DNA of 49,238 nt from Thermodesulfobacteriota bacterium (GTDB taxonomy: Bacteria > Desulfobacterota > GWC2-55-46 > DRQE01): positions 1 to 49,238 of the forward strand of contig JBAQMW010000339.1 of the NCBI GenBank assembly GCA_049303155.1, read 5' to 3'. Shown here piece by piece: positions 1 through 9,008 of this stretch; positions within the stretch are counted from its first letter, which is position 1, and each line of letters begins with the position of its first letter. The notes under the pieces were generated by a model that saw only the letters and a list, made by a program, of their open reading frames with translations, was not told where the DNA came from and searched no databases. The position numbers and the translations under genes were made by a program.

Positions 1-1115
1 CGGCTAAGACGCAGGATGCGGCGCAGGCCTCCTCCACTCTCAAGGTAAAGTCGGAAGACCTCGAATCTCTCATAGCTCAGGTATCCGGGCTTCGCGGCCT
101 CGGGGCCAAGGACATGGAGGTGCTTCAGTCCGCGACCTTGCAGCTTCGGATGGTTCCGGTCGGGGAATTGTTCGGCCGCTTCAAAAAGGCCGTGAGGGAC
201 CTTTCCGAGGAACTCGGAAAACCCATAAGGCTTGAGGTGTCGGGCGAGGGCGTAAAGATAGACAAGGCCATAGCGGATAAGTTGAGCGAGCCGCTTATGC
301 ACATGGTCAGGAATGCCGCGAGCCACGGCATAGAAAGCCCGAGAGAGAGGAGTGCGGCCCAAAAAGGCGACGGCGTCATAAAACTTAACGCCTATCAGGA
401 AGGCGGCCGGATAATCATAGAGGTCTCGGACGACGGAAGGGGCATATCCGTTGATAAGGTCGGTAAAAAGGCCGTTAAGACGGGGCTTTTGAGAGAGGAA
501 GACCTCGTGAAGCTTACGGACAGGAAGATACTGGATTTTATCTTCGCTCCGGGTTTTTCCACGCACGATGGAGTGGACAAGGTATCGGGCAGAGGCGTCG
601 GCATGGACGTCGTGAAAAGCGTCGTGACGAGCCTTCAGGGCGTGATATCCATTGAAACGCAACCCGGCAAGGGCGTATGCTTCAGGCTCGAGCTTCCCCT
701 TACGCTCGCCATCATAAGGGCGATGGTGCTTGAGAGCGGCGGCGCCAAGATAGCGGTTCCGGCCTCGGCGGTAGATAGGATTTTAAACATGACGGAGAGC
801 GAGATAGCGCAGGGAAGTTTTCTCGACAAGAACAGGATATCCCTTTATCTTCCCGACGAAGGAGAGGTCATACCCATAGTGGATTTTCCCGGGATCTTCG
901 GGCTTAAGGCGAAAGGCGATAAAAGGTGCGTTGTTCTGCTCAAGGTCGGGGGCGGGCATAAGGTTGCGTTATCGGTTGACGCCGCGGTCGGGCGCCATCC
1001 CCTCACGGTAAAGCCTCTTGACGGATTTTCCGAAACAGGTTATTTTTCAAGCGCGTCGTTTCTCGACGAAGAATTGGTTTTGATTCTGAATATTCCGAGC
1101 CTCATGGCCGCTTAG
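1..1115 (+). CDS. cheA: chemotaxis histidine kinase CheA, C-terminal portion (5' end outside the window)
   Basis: Frame is open from base 3 into listed ORF 114..1115. N-box HMVRNAASHGIE, G1 DDGRGI, G2 GRGVGMDVV, then a CheW-like P5 domain. Confidence 0.88.
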   Translation, partial: AKTQDAAQASSTLKVKSEDLESLIAQVSGLRGLGAKDMEVLQSATLQLRMVPVGELFGRFKKAVRDLSEELGKPIRLEVSGEGVKIDKAIADKLSEPLMHMVRNAASHGIESPRERSAAQKGDGVIKLNAYQEGGRIIIEVSDDGRGISVDKVGKKAVKTGLLREEDLVKLTDRKILDFIFAPGFSTHDGVDKVSGRGVGMDVVKSVVTSLQGVISIETQPGKGVCFRLELPLTLAIIRAMVLESGGAKIAVPASAVDRILNMTESEIAQGSFLDKNRISLYLPDEGEVIPIVDFPGIFGLKAKGDKRCVVLLKVGGGHKVALSVDAAVGRHPLTVKPLDGFSETGYFSSASFLDEELVLILNIPSLMAA

Positions 1116-1203
1116 GCCGAAATGGACGGGTTTTTTTTGAAACAGGTTATTTTTCAAGCGCGTCGTTTTTTGACGAAGGCGCAAACAAAAAAAGGGGGTT
1201 CGT

Positions 1204-1587
1204 ATGTCTGACAAAAAGAAGGTGCTTGCCCTTGACGACCAGAAATCCATGCAAAATATACTCAGTTTCGCGTTGAAAAAAGACTTCGACGTGACGGTTG
1301 TCGGAACGTCGAAGGATGCCGTGGACAAGGCCAAGGCCGAAAAGTTCGACTTTATTCTTCTCGACATAGTGCTCGATAACGACTCCGCCGACGGTATAGG
1401 GGTGGCGGAGGCTCTGCAGGCCTCGGGGAACACGACGCCTCTGGCGTTCCTGTCGTCTCTTGCCGAAGACGCGCTCGAAGAGGGGCAGAAGCAGAGGTCG
1501 AAGACTTTAAGGAACGTCAGGTTTTACCAGACGAAACCCATAACCCCGAACGAACTTATATCGAAGATAAAGGGAGTTACGGGGTAA
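1204..1587 (+). CDS. cheY: single-domain response regulator (CheY-like receiver)
   Basis: Receiver hallmarks: LALDD acidic pocket, FDFILLDIVL phospho-acceptor context, TKPI conserved Lys. aggggg SD-like run upstream of the ATG. Confidence 0.8.
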   Translation: MSDKKKVLALDDQKSMQNILSFALKKDFDVTVVGTSKDAVDKAKAEKFDFILLDIVLDNDSADGIGVAEALQASGNTTPLAFLSSLAEDALEEGQKQRSKTLRNVRFYQTKPITPNELISKIKGVTG

Positions 1588-1590
1588 GGG

Positions 1591-2061
1591 ATGGAGAAGG
1601 TTCTCAAGATAATCACCTTCGGCGTGAGGAACAGGCACGTCGCCTTTCCGGCCTCCGAGGTGAGGGAGATAGCGGATTCGAGTGGCAAGCTCAAGCCTCT
1701 TTTCTACAGCCGCGGCGGGGCGGTAAAGGGCGTCATGGAGTACGAAGGCGAGATGATTTCCATCCTCGATACGCCGAACCTTCTTGACGTGCAAGTTCCG
1801 GGGAGCGAGCAATTTATCCTTATATGCAGACCAAAGGACTCGGAACATTCCGTCGGAATAACCATATCGTCGGTCTTCGGCATGGAAATGGTGGAGACGA
1901 ACGGGCTCAAGCATTCGAGCGACGAGGAGGCCAATTATACCTTGGGCTATTTCAAAGACGCCTCCGGCGAAAAGGAGCGCGTGGTAACCGTGCTCAACCT
2001 GACGAAGTTTCTTGAATACGCTAACGCGAAGATTAAAAAATTCGAGAATAAAAATGTTTAA
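1591..2061 (+). CDS. cheW: CheW-like coupling protein
   Basis: 156 aa, starts 3 nt after cheY. Typical CheW N-terminus (ITFGVRNRHVAFPASEVREI) and size. Context cheA-cheY-cheW. Confidence 0.75.
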   Translation: MEKVLKIITFGVRNRHVAFPASEVREIADSSGKLKPLFYSRGGAVKGVMEYEGEMISILDTPNLLDVQVPGSEQFILICRPKDSEHSVGITISSVFGMEMVETNGLKHSSDEEANYTLGYFKDASGEKERVVTVLNLTKFLEYANAKIKKFENKNV

Positions 2062-2184
2062 GTCCTGCGGACGGCACAGTGAATGAATATCAAAAATCAA
2101 AAGTAAGGTTTCATTTTTATAAAAAAAGAATACCGAAACTTTAATCTTTGATTTTTCATTTTTGATTTTGCTTTTATTACCGGT

Positions 2185-2288
2185 GCAGGGACAAGCCCTT
2201 GCGGACAGCACGATGAATAAACAGGCCACAGCAGTATGCATATTATAATGGTAAGTTAAAACATTACGGGTGCGGGGCTCAGCCCTGC
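2185..2288 (-). repeat. interspersed repeat family A, copy A5 (inverted); partial tail copy at 2064-2089
   Basis: Reverse complement reads gcagggctgagccccgcacccgtaatgttttaactt..ctgtggcctgtttattcatcgtgctgtccgcaaggg. Confidence 0.8.
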
Positions 2289-2314
2289 TAAAAATCTTTA
2301 ACAAGGAGCGTAAA

Positions 2315-4276
2315 ATGGAAAAAAGGACGTTAGGCGCGATAATCGGCGGCATATTCAAGCTGAACCTGCAAAGGCTGACCAGAGGCTTCTATGTATTTAC
2401 GATAGGGGCGGTGGCGGTCGGAGCGATTACGTATTACTCCGTCAACACCATCTGGAAGTCGGTCGTGGAAACAAAATACGTCGCGCTTCCGAAACTCATA
2501 GCCGGGTCGGATCTTCAGATAGAAATGACGCAGATAGGCTCCGAGATAGAAAAATTCGGCGGCATGGAATCGGTCGAGATGAAGGCGGCGCAGATAGAGG
2601 TGCTCTTATCCCAGAATTCGTATTTCAAGGAATCCATGAAGGCGTTTTTCTCTTCCATGCAGGCCGAGGAAATGGCTAACGTAAGAAAAGACGCCGAGGC
2701 CGCGGCGGACGAATATTTCACCGCCTTTGCCGCGCCGCCTGTCACGTACGAAAAGGTCGCGCCTAGATACGGCAAGGTCAGGGACTACGTGGAGGTCATG
2801 AAAACAGGCGTCCTTCTGGAACTGGAGGCCAGCTTCAATACCGCCGAGAACGCGACCAATAACGCCTTCTGGACAATCGTCTTTCTCACCGGCGGCGCCA
2901 TCTTCGGCATGGTAGGCATTGCCGTTGTCTTAAGCAGAATCGTCAGCGTTCCGATCACGGGCCTTGCCGCAAGCCTTGTCAAGAACTCTCGGGACATCGA
3001 GGCCGTTACCGCGGAACTTTCCGGCGGCGCAAAAAAGCAGACCGAAATAGTCCTCTCGGCCACGAAGGACCTCGAGGACATGATAATAAACATCATACAG
3101 GGAAGCATCTCCTTGAGCGTTGAAAAGCAATCCGAGATAGCCAAGGCGTTCGCGCACTTCTTGAGGCAGTTCGTCGAAAGAACCTCCGCCGAGATAGCGA
3201 TGGGAATGATGAGCGTGTCGCAGCAGTCGCAGGAGGCCAGGAAAAGCATCGAGAGTTTCGTTAAGGAGTTCGGCGTGGTCGAGGAAACCATAAGACGTCA
3301 GGAGCGCGCCGTGGAGGGAATGGTCGCGACGCTTAAGCAGATAGTCGCGGCGAACGAGGGAATCAAGAAAAAGGCCGCCGGTTCGACGGCCGCCGCGGAC
3401 AAGGCATCCGAGAAGGTGGCGGAAGGCGAGAAGAGGATTAAGGTCATATCGCAGGAACTCGAGGACATAAGAACGTCAAGCGAAGGCGTCCGCGAGATTA
3501 CCGAATCTCTCGCCAAGATAACCGAGAACATCAAGATACTGGCTCTTAACATGTCGCTTAAGGTCGAGGACGTGCGCGACGACACCGGCAAATCGTACGG
3601 CTTCGAAACGATGAGCGCGAGGGTTCAGGAACTCGCGGAAGAGGTCGAAGGGCTTCTTGTTAGGTCCAAAGAGCTCATCATTCCGACCATCGAGGGCATA
3701 GGAAAGGTCAGCCGCGAAGCCAACCAGACGAGGGAACTCATGACCGAGGTGGCCGGAGCCATAATGATAGCCGACGAGGCCAGTAAATCCATCGCCGGGG
3801 AGATAGACAGGCAGGCCTCTCAGATAGGCAATATAGAGATCGAGGCGGAAAAATTGAGAAGCCTCGCCCACGATACGACGCAGTCCATCAGCTCGCAGAC
3901 GGCGCTGGCGCAAAACGTGGATACGATACTTAAAGACAGCGAAACCTTGATAGAGACCGTCAACTCCCAGACAAAAGAGGCGAGCGATAACGCGAGAAAG
4001 ATAAACGAGATGATGGAAGAACTGAAAAAGACGGTTGCGAGCATCGAGGATGGAACCGGAAAACTCACGGAAAAGAGCGCCATGATAGCGGAACTCTTCG
4101 ACGGCATAAGCGCGCAGGCCGTAAAGAATCTCGGAGGCGCGGAGCGGCTTGAAATCGCCACAGGCGCCGTGAGGGATGTAACGAGAAGGCTTACCATCGT
4201 CGTGAGCGGCGAGGTTGCGGAGACTAAGGCGGCGCCGGCGCGGGGATTGGCCGGGGCAGGGACGCCTGTCGCGTAA
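2315..4276 (+). CDS. methyl-accepting chemotaxis protein-like transducer (two TM segments, HAMP-like linker, long coiled coil) with a divergent signalling tip
   Basis: ATG at 2315 follows aaggag SD; the listed GTG start at 2270 lies inside a repeat element. TM segments near residues 20-45 and 185-210 of the listed ORF. NIKILALNMSLKVEDVRDD..GFETMSARVQELAEE aligns loosely with the canonical LLALNAAIEAARAGE..GFAVVADEVRKLAE hairpin. Confidence 0.6.
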   Translation: MEKRTLGAIIGGIFKLNLQRLTRGFYVFTIGAVAVGAITYYSVNTIWKSVVETKYVALPKLIAGSDLQIEMTQIGSEIEKFGGMESVEMKAAQIEVLLSQNSYFKESMKAFFSSMQAEEMANVRKDAEAAADEYFTAFAAPPVTYEKVAPRYGKVRDYVEVMKTGVLLELEASFNTAENATNNAFWTIVFLTGGAIFGMVGIAVVLSRIVSVPITGLAASLVKNSRDIEAVTAELSGGAKKQTEIVLSATKDLEDMIINIIQGSISLSVEKQSEIAKAFAHFLRQFVERTSAEIAMGMMSVSQQSQEARKSIESFVKEFGVVEETIRRQERAVEGMVATLKQIVAANEGIKKKAAGSTAAADKASEKVAEGEKRIKVISQELEDIRTSSEGVREITESLAKITENIKILALNMSLKVEDVRDDTGKSYGFETMSARVQELAEEVEGLLVRSKELIIPTIEGIGKVSREANQTRELMTEVAGAIMIADEASKSIAGEIDRQASQIGNIEIEAEKLRSLAHDTTQSISSQTALAQNVDTILKDSETLIETVNSQTKEASDNARKINEMMEELKKTVASIEDGTGKLTEKSAMIAELFDGISAQAVKNLGGAERLEIATGAVRDVTRRLTIVVSGEVAETKAAPARGLAGAGTPVA

Positions 4277-4536
4277 GGCGAAAAAGGGTCTGCTCTATTA
4301 ACGGTTTTTTTTGGTGCGCAAAACCATTGCGTTTGCCGCGCCGGAGATTACGTTTTTCAAAGGCCGCTCCGCAAGGATTGTAAATAAGAGGTTTTTTCTT
4401 TGCCGCAAACCGCGGCAAGTCAATTCATTATACAGGCGATATATTTCTAAAACAAGGCGCGGCTTTGAACATCCCGCAGACAAGGGGCGGTCCCTTGCCC
4501 GGCCCGCGCCTGTTTTAGTATGCTATACTGTTTGAC

Positions 4537-5580
4537 ATGGAGGGAAGAGTGAAAAGGAAGTTAGCCGTTGTTATTTTTGCGCTTATCTTCGCGATATCGG
4601 CGGGCCTGGCCTGGTTTTTTTTGAATAGCGAAGAGAACGGCCTTCCGGAGGTATCCGGCATAGCGGAAGCGACCGAGGTCGAGATTTCTTCCAAGCTCGG
4701 TTCGAGGATAGCGTGGCTTTGTTGCGAGGAAGGGGAGCGCGTAAAGTCAAACGATGTCGCGATAAGGCTTGACGACGCGGAGCTTAAGGCGATTCGAGGC
4801 GAGGCCGAGGCCGCAATAAGACAGGCGGAATCCGCCGTAGAGGCCGCAAAAAGTGAAATCGAGGGCGCGAAGGCCGGCATAGTATCTTCCTGGGCCTCGC
4901 TTAAAGAGGTCGAGGCGGAAATCAAGAAAGCGGATATTTTAAAGAAGGACGCCGAAAAAGATCTCGCGAGGACAAAGGAACTTTTCAAGGAAGGCGTGCT
5001 TACCGAAAAAGAACTCGATACGATAACCACCCGCCGCGATACTCTCGGAGCGGAGGAAAATGCGCTTCGGGCGCGGCAAGATTCTTTAAAGGCCGCGCTC
5101 GCCGTAGCGCGCTCAAAGCTTAAGACCACCGAGGCCGGGCTCGCCTCGGCCCTGGCGAGACTCGATGAGGCGAATGCCGCGCTTAACCTTGCGGACGCGA
5201 ATCTGAAAGACACGGTAATTATCTTTCCCATGGACGGAATTATAGCGCACAAGGCGTTTCAAACAGGAGAGGTCGTCTCTCCCGGCGTTTCTATTTACAC
5301 GGTGCACGACGTGGATAATCTTTGGGTCAGGATAGACGTGGACGAAACTCTCGTTGCAGGGATAAAGTTAGGCGCGAAGGCTGTGATTACTCACGCGGGG
5401 TTTCTGGGCAAGGCGTTCGAAGGTACGGCGGTCGAGATAGGCGCTGCCGGAGGATTCGCCACCCAGAGGGACGTGACAAGGGGCCGCTCAGACATAAGGA
5501 CGTTTCGCGTAAAGATGAAGGTGAGAGAAAACAAAGGAGAATTAAAGCCCGGAATGACCGTCAAGGTTCGGTTTTTGTAA
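4537..5580 (+). CDS. HlyD-family periplasmic adaptor / membrane fusion protein
   Basis: N-terminal TM anchor, long Ala/Glu-rich coiled-coil hairpin, C-terminal beta-barrel ending GMTVKVRF. Precedes ABC-2 ATPase and permease (YbhG-YbhF-YbhS-like order). Confidence 0.8.
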   Translation: MEGRVKRKLAVVIFALIFAISAGLAWFFLNSEENGLPEVSGIAEATEVEISSKLGSRIAWLCCEEGERVKSNDVAIRLDDAELKAIRGEAEAAIRQAESAVEAAKSEIEGAKAGIVSSWASLKEVEAEIKKADILKKDAEKDLARTKELFKEGVLTEKELDTITTRRDTLGAEENALRARQDSLKAALAVARSKLKTTEAGLASALARLDEANAALNLADANLKDTVIIFPMDGIIAHKAFQTGEVVSPGVSIYTVHDVDNLWVRIDVDETLVAGIKLGAKAVITHAGFLGKAFEGTAVEIGAAGGFATQRDVTRGRSDIRTFRVKMKVRENKGELKPGMTVKVRFL

Positions 5581-5592
5581 GACAGGCAACCG

Positions 5593-6597
5593 ATGACATA
5601 CGCCCTTGAAATACAAGGTCTTGTAAAGAAGTTCGGGGATTTGACGGCCCTTGACGGGGTTTCTTTTTCCGTTGAAGAGGGGGAGTTCTTCGGGCTCTTG
5701 GGCCCGAATGGCGCCGGCAAGACCACCCTCATACGCATCATCACGACTCTCATAAGGCCTACATCCGGGAAGGCCGTCGTAGTGGGCGCAGACTGCTCAA
5801 AAAATTGCGCCGAGGTCAGGAAAAAAATCGGCGTCGTGCCTCAGGCCCTTACGAGCGATCTTGACTTGACGGGCAGAGAGAACATGGACATCTACGCCCG
5901 GTTCTACGACATCCCCAAAAAAGAACGCAGAGAACGGATAGAGTATCTTCTCGACATGGTAGGGCTAAGGGAGCGCGCGGCTGACCTTGTGGCGACCTAT
6001 TCCGGCGGCATGAGAAGAAGGCTTGAGATCGCGAGGGCCCTCGTCAACATGCCTGAGCTTTTCATCCTTGACGAGCCTACCCTCGGCCTCGACCCGCAAA
6101 GCAGGAGAGTCGTGTGGAAATTCCTTGAAAAACTCATGACCGAGCATAAGATAACGACCCTCTTGACCACCCACTACATGGAAGAGGCCGAGGCCCTCTG
6201 CGGCCGCGTCGCCATAATAGATTACGGAAAGATAGTGGCGCTCGACACCCTCGAAGGTTTAAAAAAGCAGGTTCCCGAAAAGGACATAATAGAGATCGAG
6301 TTTTCGGAAGCGGACGAGGAGAAGCTAATCGAGGCGCTCAAGATAATGCCTTCAATAACGTCCGTGAGCATCGCGGGCGGGACGCTTCGGATTTCGGTCG
6401 AGGACGGCGCAGGCTCGATAGCGGATATACTCGAGGCCGTCAAGGCGCAGGGCGGAAAAGTCAAGAAGGCGACGGTCAAAAACCTGACCCTCGAGGACGT
6501 GTTCATCCACTTTACCGGAAGGCCCATACGCGAGGAAGAGGTCAAGAAGGTTAGTTTTCTTTTGGGCGCGGGCATTCCGAGGAGGTGGGCGAGATGA
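5593..6597 (+). CDS. ABC transporter ATP-binding protein (ABC-2 subfamily)
   Basis: Walker A GPNGAGKTT, signature YSGGMRRR, Walker B LFILDEPT, H-loop TTHYMEEA. Confidence 0.92.
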   Translation: MTYALEIQGLVKKFGDLTALDGVSFSVEEGEFFGLLGPNGAGKTTLIRIITTLIRPTSGKAVVVGADCSKNCAEVRKKIGVVPQALTSDLDLTGRENMDIYARFYDIPKKERRERIEYLLDMVGLRERAADLVATYSGGMRRRLEIARALVNMPELFILDEPTLGLDPQSRRVVWKFLEKLMTEHKITTLLTTHYMEEAEALCGRVAIIDYGKIVALDTLEGLKKQVPEKDIIEIEFSEADEEKLIEALKIMPSITSVSIAGGTLRISVEDGAGSIADILEAVKAQGGKVKKATVKNLTLEDVFIHFTGRPIREEEVKKVSFLLGAGIPRRWAR

Positions 6598-7712
6598 CGC
6601 GGTTTTTCGCGGTCGTTGAAAGAGACCTGAGAAAATTCATAAGAAATCCCGTCGTGTTGCTCATGAGCATCTTGATGCCCGTGCTTTACCTCGTGATACT
6701 CGGGAACTCTTTTCTTGGCGAGCTTAAAAACCTTCCTCTTGCCGTAGTGAAGCACGATTCAGGGAAGTACGGCGAGATGATATTGGAGAGGCTTTATTCC
6801 ATGGAAGGAGGCCCGAAGCGCGTTATCGTTTATCGCGCCGTGAACGAAGGCGAGGCCATGGAGGGTCTTAAAAAAGGCATTTTCGCGGCCGTGCTCATCA
6901 TACCGAGAGAATTTTCAAGCGATATACTGCACGGAAAGACCTCCGAGGTCGGGCTTTTCCTCGATAACTCCGAGCCGGTCGCGTCCGAGTTTCTGCGTTC
7001 TCAGGCTACTCTGGCCTTAAGCGCAATGCGAAACGACTTTATCAAGATAAGGGAAGAAAAGGCTCCCGTGCTTCGCGAGATGGAGCTTTATAAGAAGATA
7101 GATTACGATCAGTCGCTCATACCGGGCGTCGTCATAATGGCGATATTTCTCGGCGCCATGACAACCGGGGTTTTTAACGTGGTGATGGACAGGTTCATGG
7201 GCATAGAGGAGAGTTATTTTCTGACGCCTCTCACCAAGATGAACATAGTCACCGGCCTCATAGTGAGCGGGCTTTTCATAACGACAGTCCTCGCGCTTGT
7301 AGTCCTTGCGATAAGCTCGCTCATAGCGGGCCTGTATTTTTGGACGACCATAACCTTTGGAGCCTTTATCGCACTCCTTTTGGTGATAGCGCTTTCCACG
7401 TTGAGCCTTCAGGGTTTGATGTTCGTCATACTCGGCAGGGTTGACCATCCGAGGATAGTCGGAGTGCTTGGAGGGTTTTTGAACGTCATATTATTTTTTC
7501 CGAGCGGAGCCATGTATCCTGTGGAGAGTTTTCCCGCGTGGCTAAAGGCGTTTTCCCGGATAAATCCGGAGACGTATTCGGTTCATGCCATGAGGGCGAT
7601 ACTCTTTAAGGGCGCGGACGTCTTTACGGTAAAAGAAGACCTCCTACTTCTTTCCGTAACTGCCGTGGTTTTGATTTCTTTGGCAACGGTGGTGTTCAAG
7701 AGGGAGTTGTGA
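6594..7712 (+). CDS. ABC-2 type transporter permease
   Basis: ATG at 6594 overlaps the ATPase stop (ATGA) and follows ggaggtg. One N-terminal TM, a large loop, then five hydrophobic segments as in ABC-2 permeases. Confidence 0.85.
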   Translation: MTRFFAVVERDLRKFIRNPVVLLMSILMPVLYLVILGNSFLGELKNLPLAVVKHDSGKYGEMILERLYSMEGGPKRVIVYRAVNEGEAMEGLKKGIFAAVLIIPREFSSDILHGKTSEVGLFLDNSEPVASEFLRSQATLALSAMRNDFIKIREEKAPVLREMELYKKIDYDQSLIPGVVIMAIFLGAMTTGVFNVVMDRFMGIEESYFLTPLTKMNIVTGLIVSGLFITTVLALVVLAISSLIAGLYFWTTITFGAFIALLLVIALSTLSLQGLMFVILGRVDHPRIVGVLGGFLNVILFFPSGAMYPVESFPAWLKAFSRINPETYSVHAMRAILFKGADVFTVKEDLLLLSVTAVVLISLATVVFKREL

Positions 7713-7783
7713 ACTCAAGGGTAACGTCAAGTATTTTGTGTCAGAAAGAAATGGTTAGCGGGTCTTTTTGATTCCAATTTTAT

Positions 7784-8347
7784 TTACATTTTTCTGATAA
7801 AGGTATCTGGTGGGGCACAACCGCTTGTAGTCGGCATTAACGCACTCATGCCGGTGGAATCGGATATTTGTTCTCCCGGTATCATGAAAATATCTTCTTT
7901 AAGCTTAGGATGGTTGAGTTCTCCTTTTTGGATGCGATCAATTACTGTATTACAGGCTTCCTTGAAGTGTTCGTAAAATTCTTCGGAAATTAAAATAATC
8001 TGCCCATTATACTTTTCTAAATGCTTTGTTCCGTATGTCATGCTTTCATTTTTCTGCGTTAATCCAAAGTTCTTTCCCGGAATTCCTATGTGCAGGAGAC
8101 CGCATCTTAAATCTTTATACAAGTTAGAAGCGTGTTCTTTATATTCTTCCGGAAATAATCTTTCAATTGCATTTTGAAATCTTTTTCTTGCAAAACCTCT
8201 CCTGGTTAAACCATTAGAATCTAAACATGCCCCCAAGAATTCAATCCCTGTCGCCATTAGGAAAAAGGATTGGTAATGAAATGTTTTTTCTTGAATATTT
8301 TTTATATCTTTTATTAATACTTTTTCAATAAGTTTGTCAGCCTTCAT
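7784..8347 (-). CDS. hypothetical protein with HEPN-like Rx4H motif (RCGLLH); third cistron of the RHH-PIN operon
   Basis: 187-aa ORF whose ATG overlaps the PIN stop (ATGA at 8344-8347). Motif LYKDLRCGLLH encoded at 8090-8107. Visibly more AT-rich than its neighbours. Confidence 0.6.
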   Translation of the reverse strand: MKADKLIEKVLIKDIKNIQEKTFHYQSFFLMATGIEFLGACLDSNGLTRRGFARKRFQNAIERLFPEEYKEHASNLYKDLRCGLLHIGIPGKNFGLTQKNESMTYGTKHLEKYNGQIILISEEFYEHFKEACNTVIDRIQKGELNHPKLKEDIFMIPGEQISDSTGMSALMPTTSGCAPPDTFIRKM

Positions 8348-8745
8348 CTTTTTACCTCAAACTCCCAAAAATCAGAGGGAGAGATAATCTTTATCCCCCG
8401 GAAACTCTTTAAGATAAGAAGGTCTTTATCGCCAGTAACGATGCAATCCGCTTTTGCTTCCAGCGCGGCCGCAAGGACGTTATCGTCGTCTTTGTCCCGG
8501 CAGACGTTTTCGCTTAAACGCGCCGGTTCAACCATTTCCGCGTTCGCGTTGATAAACTTGATGATATTGTTGACTTTTGATTCGTGAAACCGGAATTTTT
8601 TTGTCAACTTTTCTTCCAGTTCGTCCAAAATCCATTGGGAAGTGAATATGCTATGCTCCGACAGACAATGGTCGAAAACCTCGCTCGAAGCGCCATGTGC
8701 GATAAAGGCGGCTATCAGGACGTTCGTATCGAAGACTACCTTCAC
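8344..8745 (-). CDS. PIN-domain toxin (PIN_3 / TIGR00305-like)
   Basis: MKVVFDTNVLIAA N-terminus, acidic residues in DKDDDNVLAAA and IVTGDKDLL. GTG start overlaps the antitoxin stop (GTGA). Confidence 0.85.
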   Translation of the reverse strand: MKVVFDTNVLIAAFIAHGASSEVFDHCLSEHSIFTSQWILDELEEKLTKKFRFHESKVNNIIKFINANAEMVEPARLSENVCRDKDDDNVLAAALEAKADCIVTGDKDLLILKSFRGIKIISPSDFWEFEVKR

Positions 8746-8960
8746 GAGACTTTTTTGAATACGTCCTCGTCGGTAAATATGCCGCGTTGCTCGGCCTCCG
8801 GCAGAAGGAGTTTCCGAAGCCTCTGAAACTCTTCCCTCGCAAAATACTGACGCAACGCCTCGCGCACGATGTCGCTCCGGTTCGTGTGCTCGCGTTTGGT
8901 CGCGTCGGCAAGTTTCTTTTTAAGCGCAAGGGGAAGGCTTATTGTGATAGTTTCTCTCAT
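8742..8960 (-). CDS. ribbon-helix-helix (CopG-like) antitoxin
   Basis: 72 aa, ITISLPLALKKKLADATKREHTNRSDIVREALRQYF is an RHH pattern. gaggt SD. Immediately upstream of the PIN gene. Confidence 0.8.
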   Translation of the reverse strand: MRETITISLPLALKKKLADATKREHTNRSDIVREALRQYFAREEFQRLRKLLLPEAEQRGIFTDEDVFKKVS

Positions 8961-8978
8961 ATATTACCTCTGTAATAC

Positions 8979-9008
8979 AATATAATACAGAAGATGCGGC
9001 ATTGTCAA
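8979..9008 (-). promoter_or_regulatory. putative sigma70-type promoter of the RHH-PIN-HEPN-like operon
   Basis: On the minus strand: TTGACA (9003-9008), 18-nt spacer, TATATT. Overlaps a near-palindromic GTAATACAATATA motif shared with the second TA locus. Confidence 0.45.

Noticed and set aside
2085-2175. AT-rich imperfect inverted repeat (atcaaaaatcaaaag ... ctttgatttttcatttttgattttg) between cheW and the MCP gene as a distinct regulatory element or sRNA
   Set aside because: The arms are imperfect and the sequence is low-complexity A/T, flanked by fragments of repeat family A. It is more likely repeat-associated filler or an UP-like promoter region, and the evidence is too weak to call.
1507-2358. 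283-aa minus-strand ORF spanning the cheY end, all of cheW and the repeat-rich spacer
   Set aside because: It is antisense to two well-supported chemotaxis genes, and its upstream part translates AT-rich spacer and repeat family A. It has no motif and no SD, so it is a shadow ORF.
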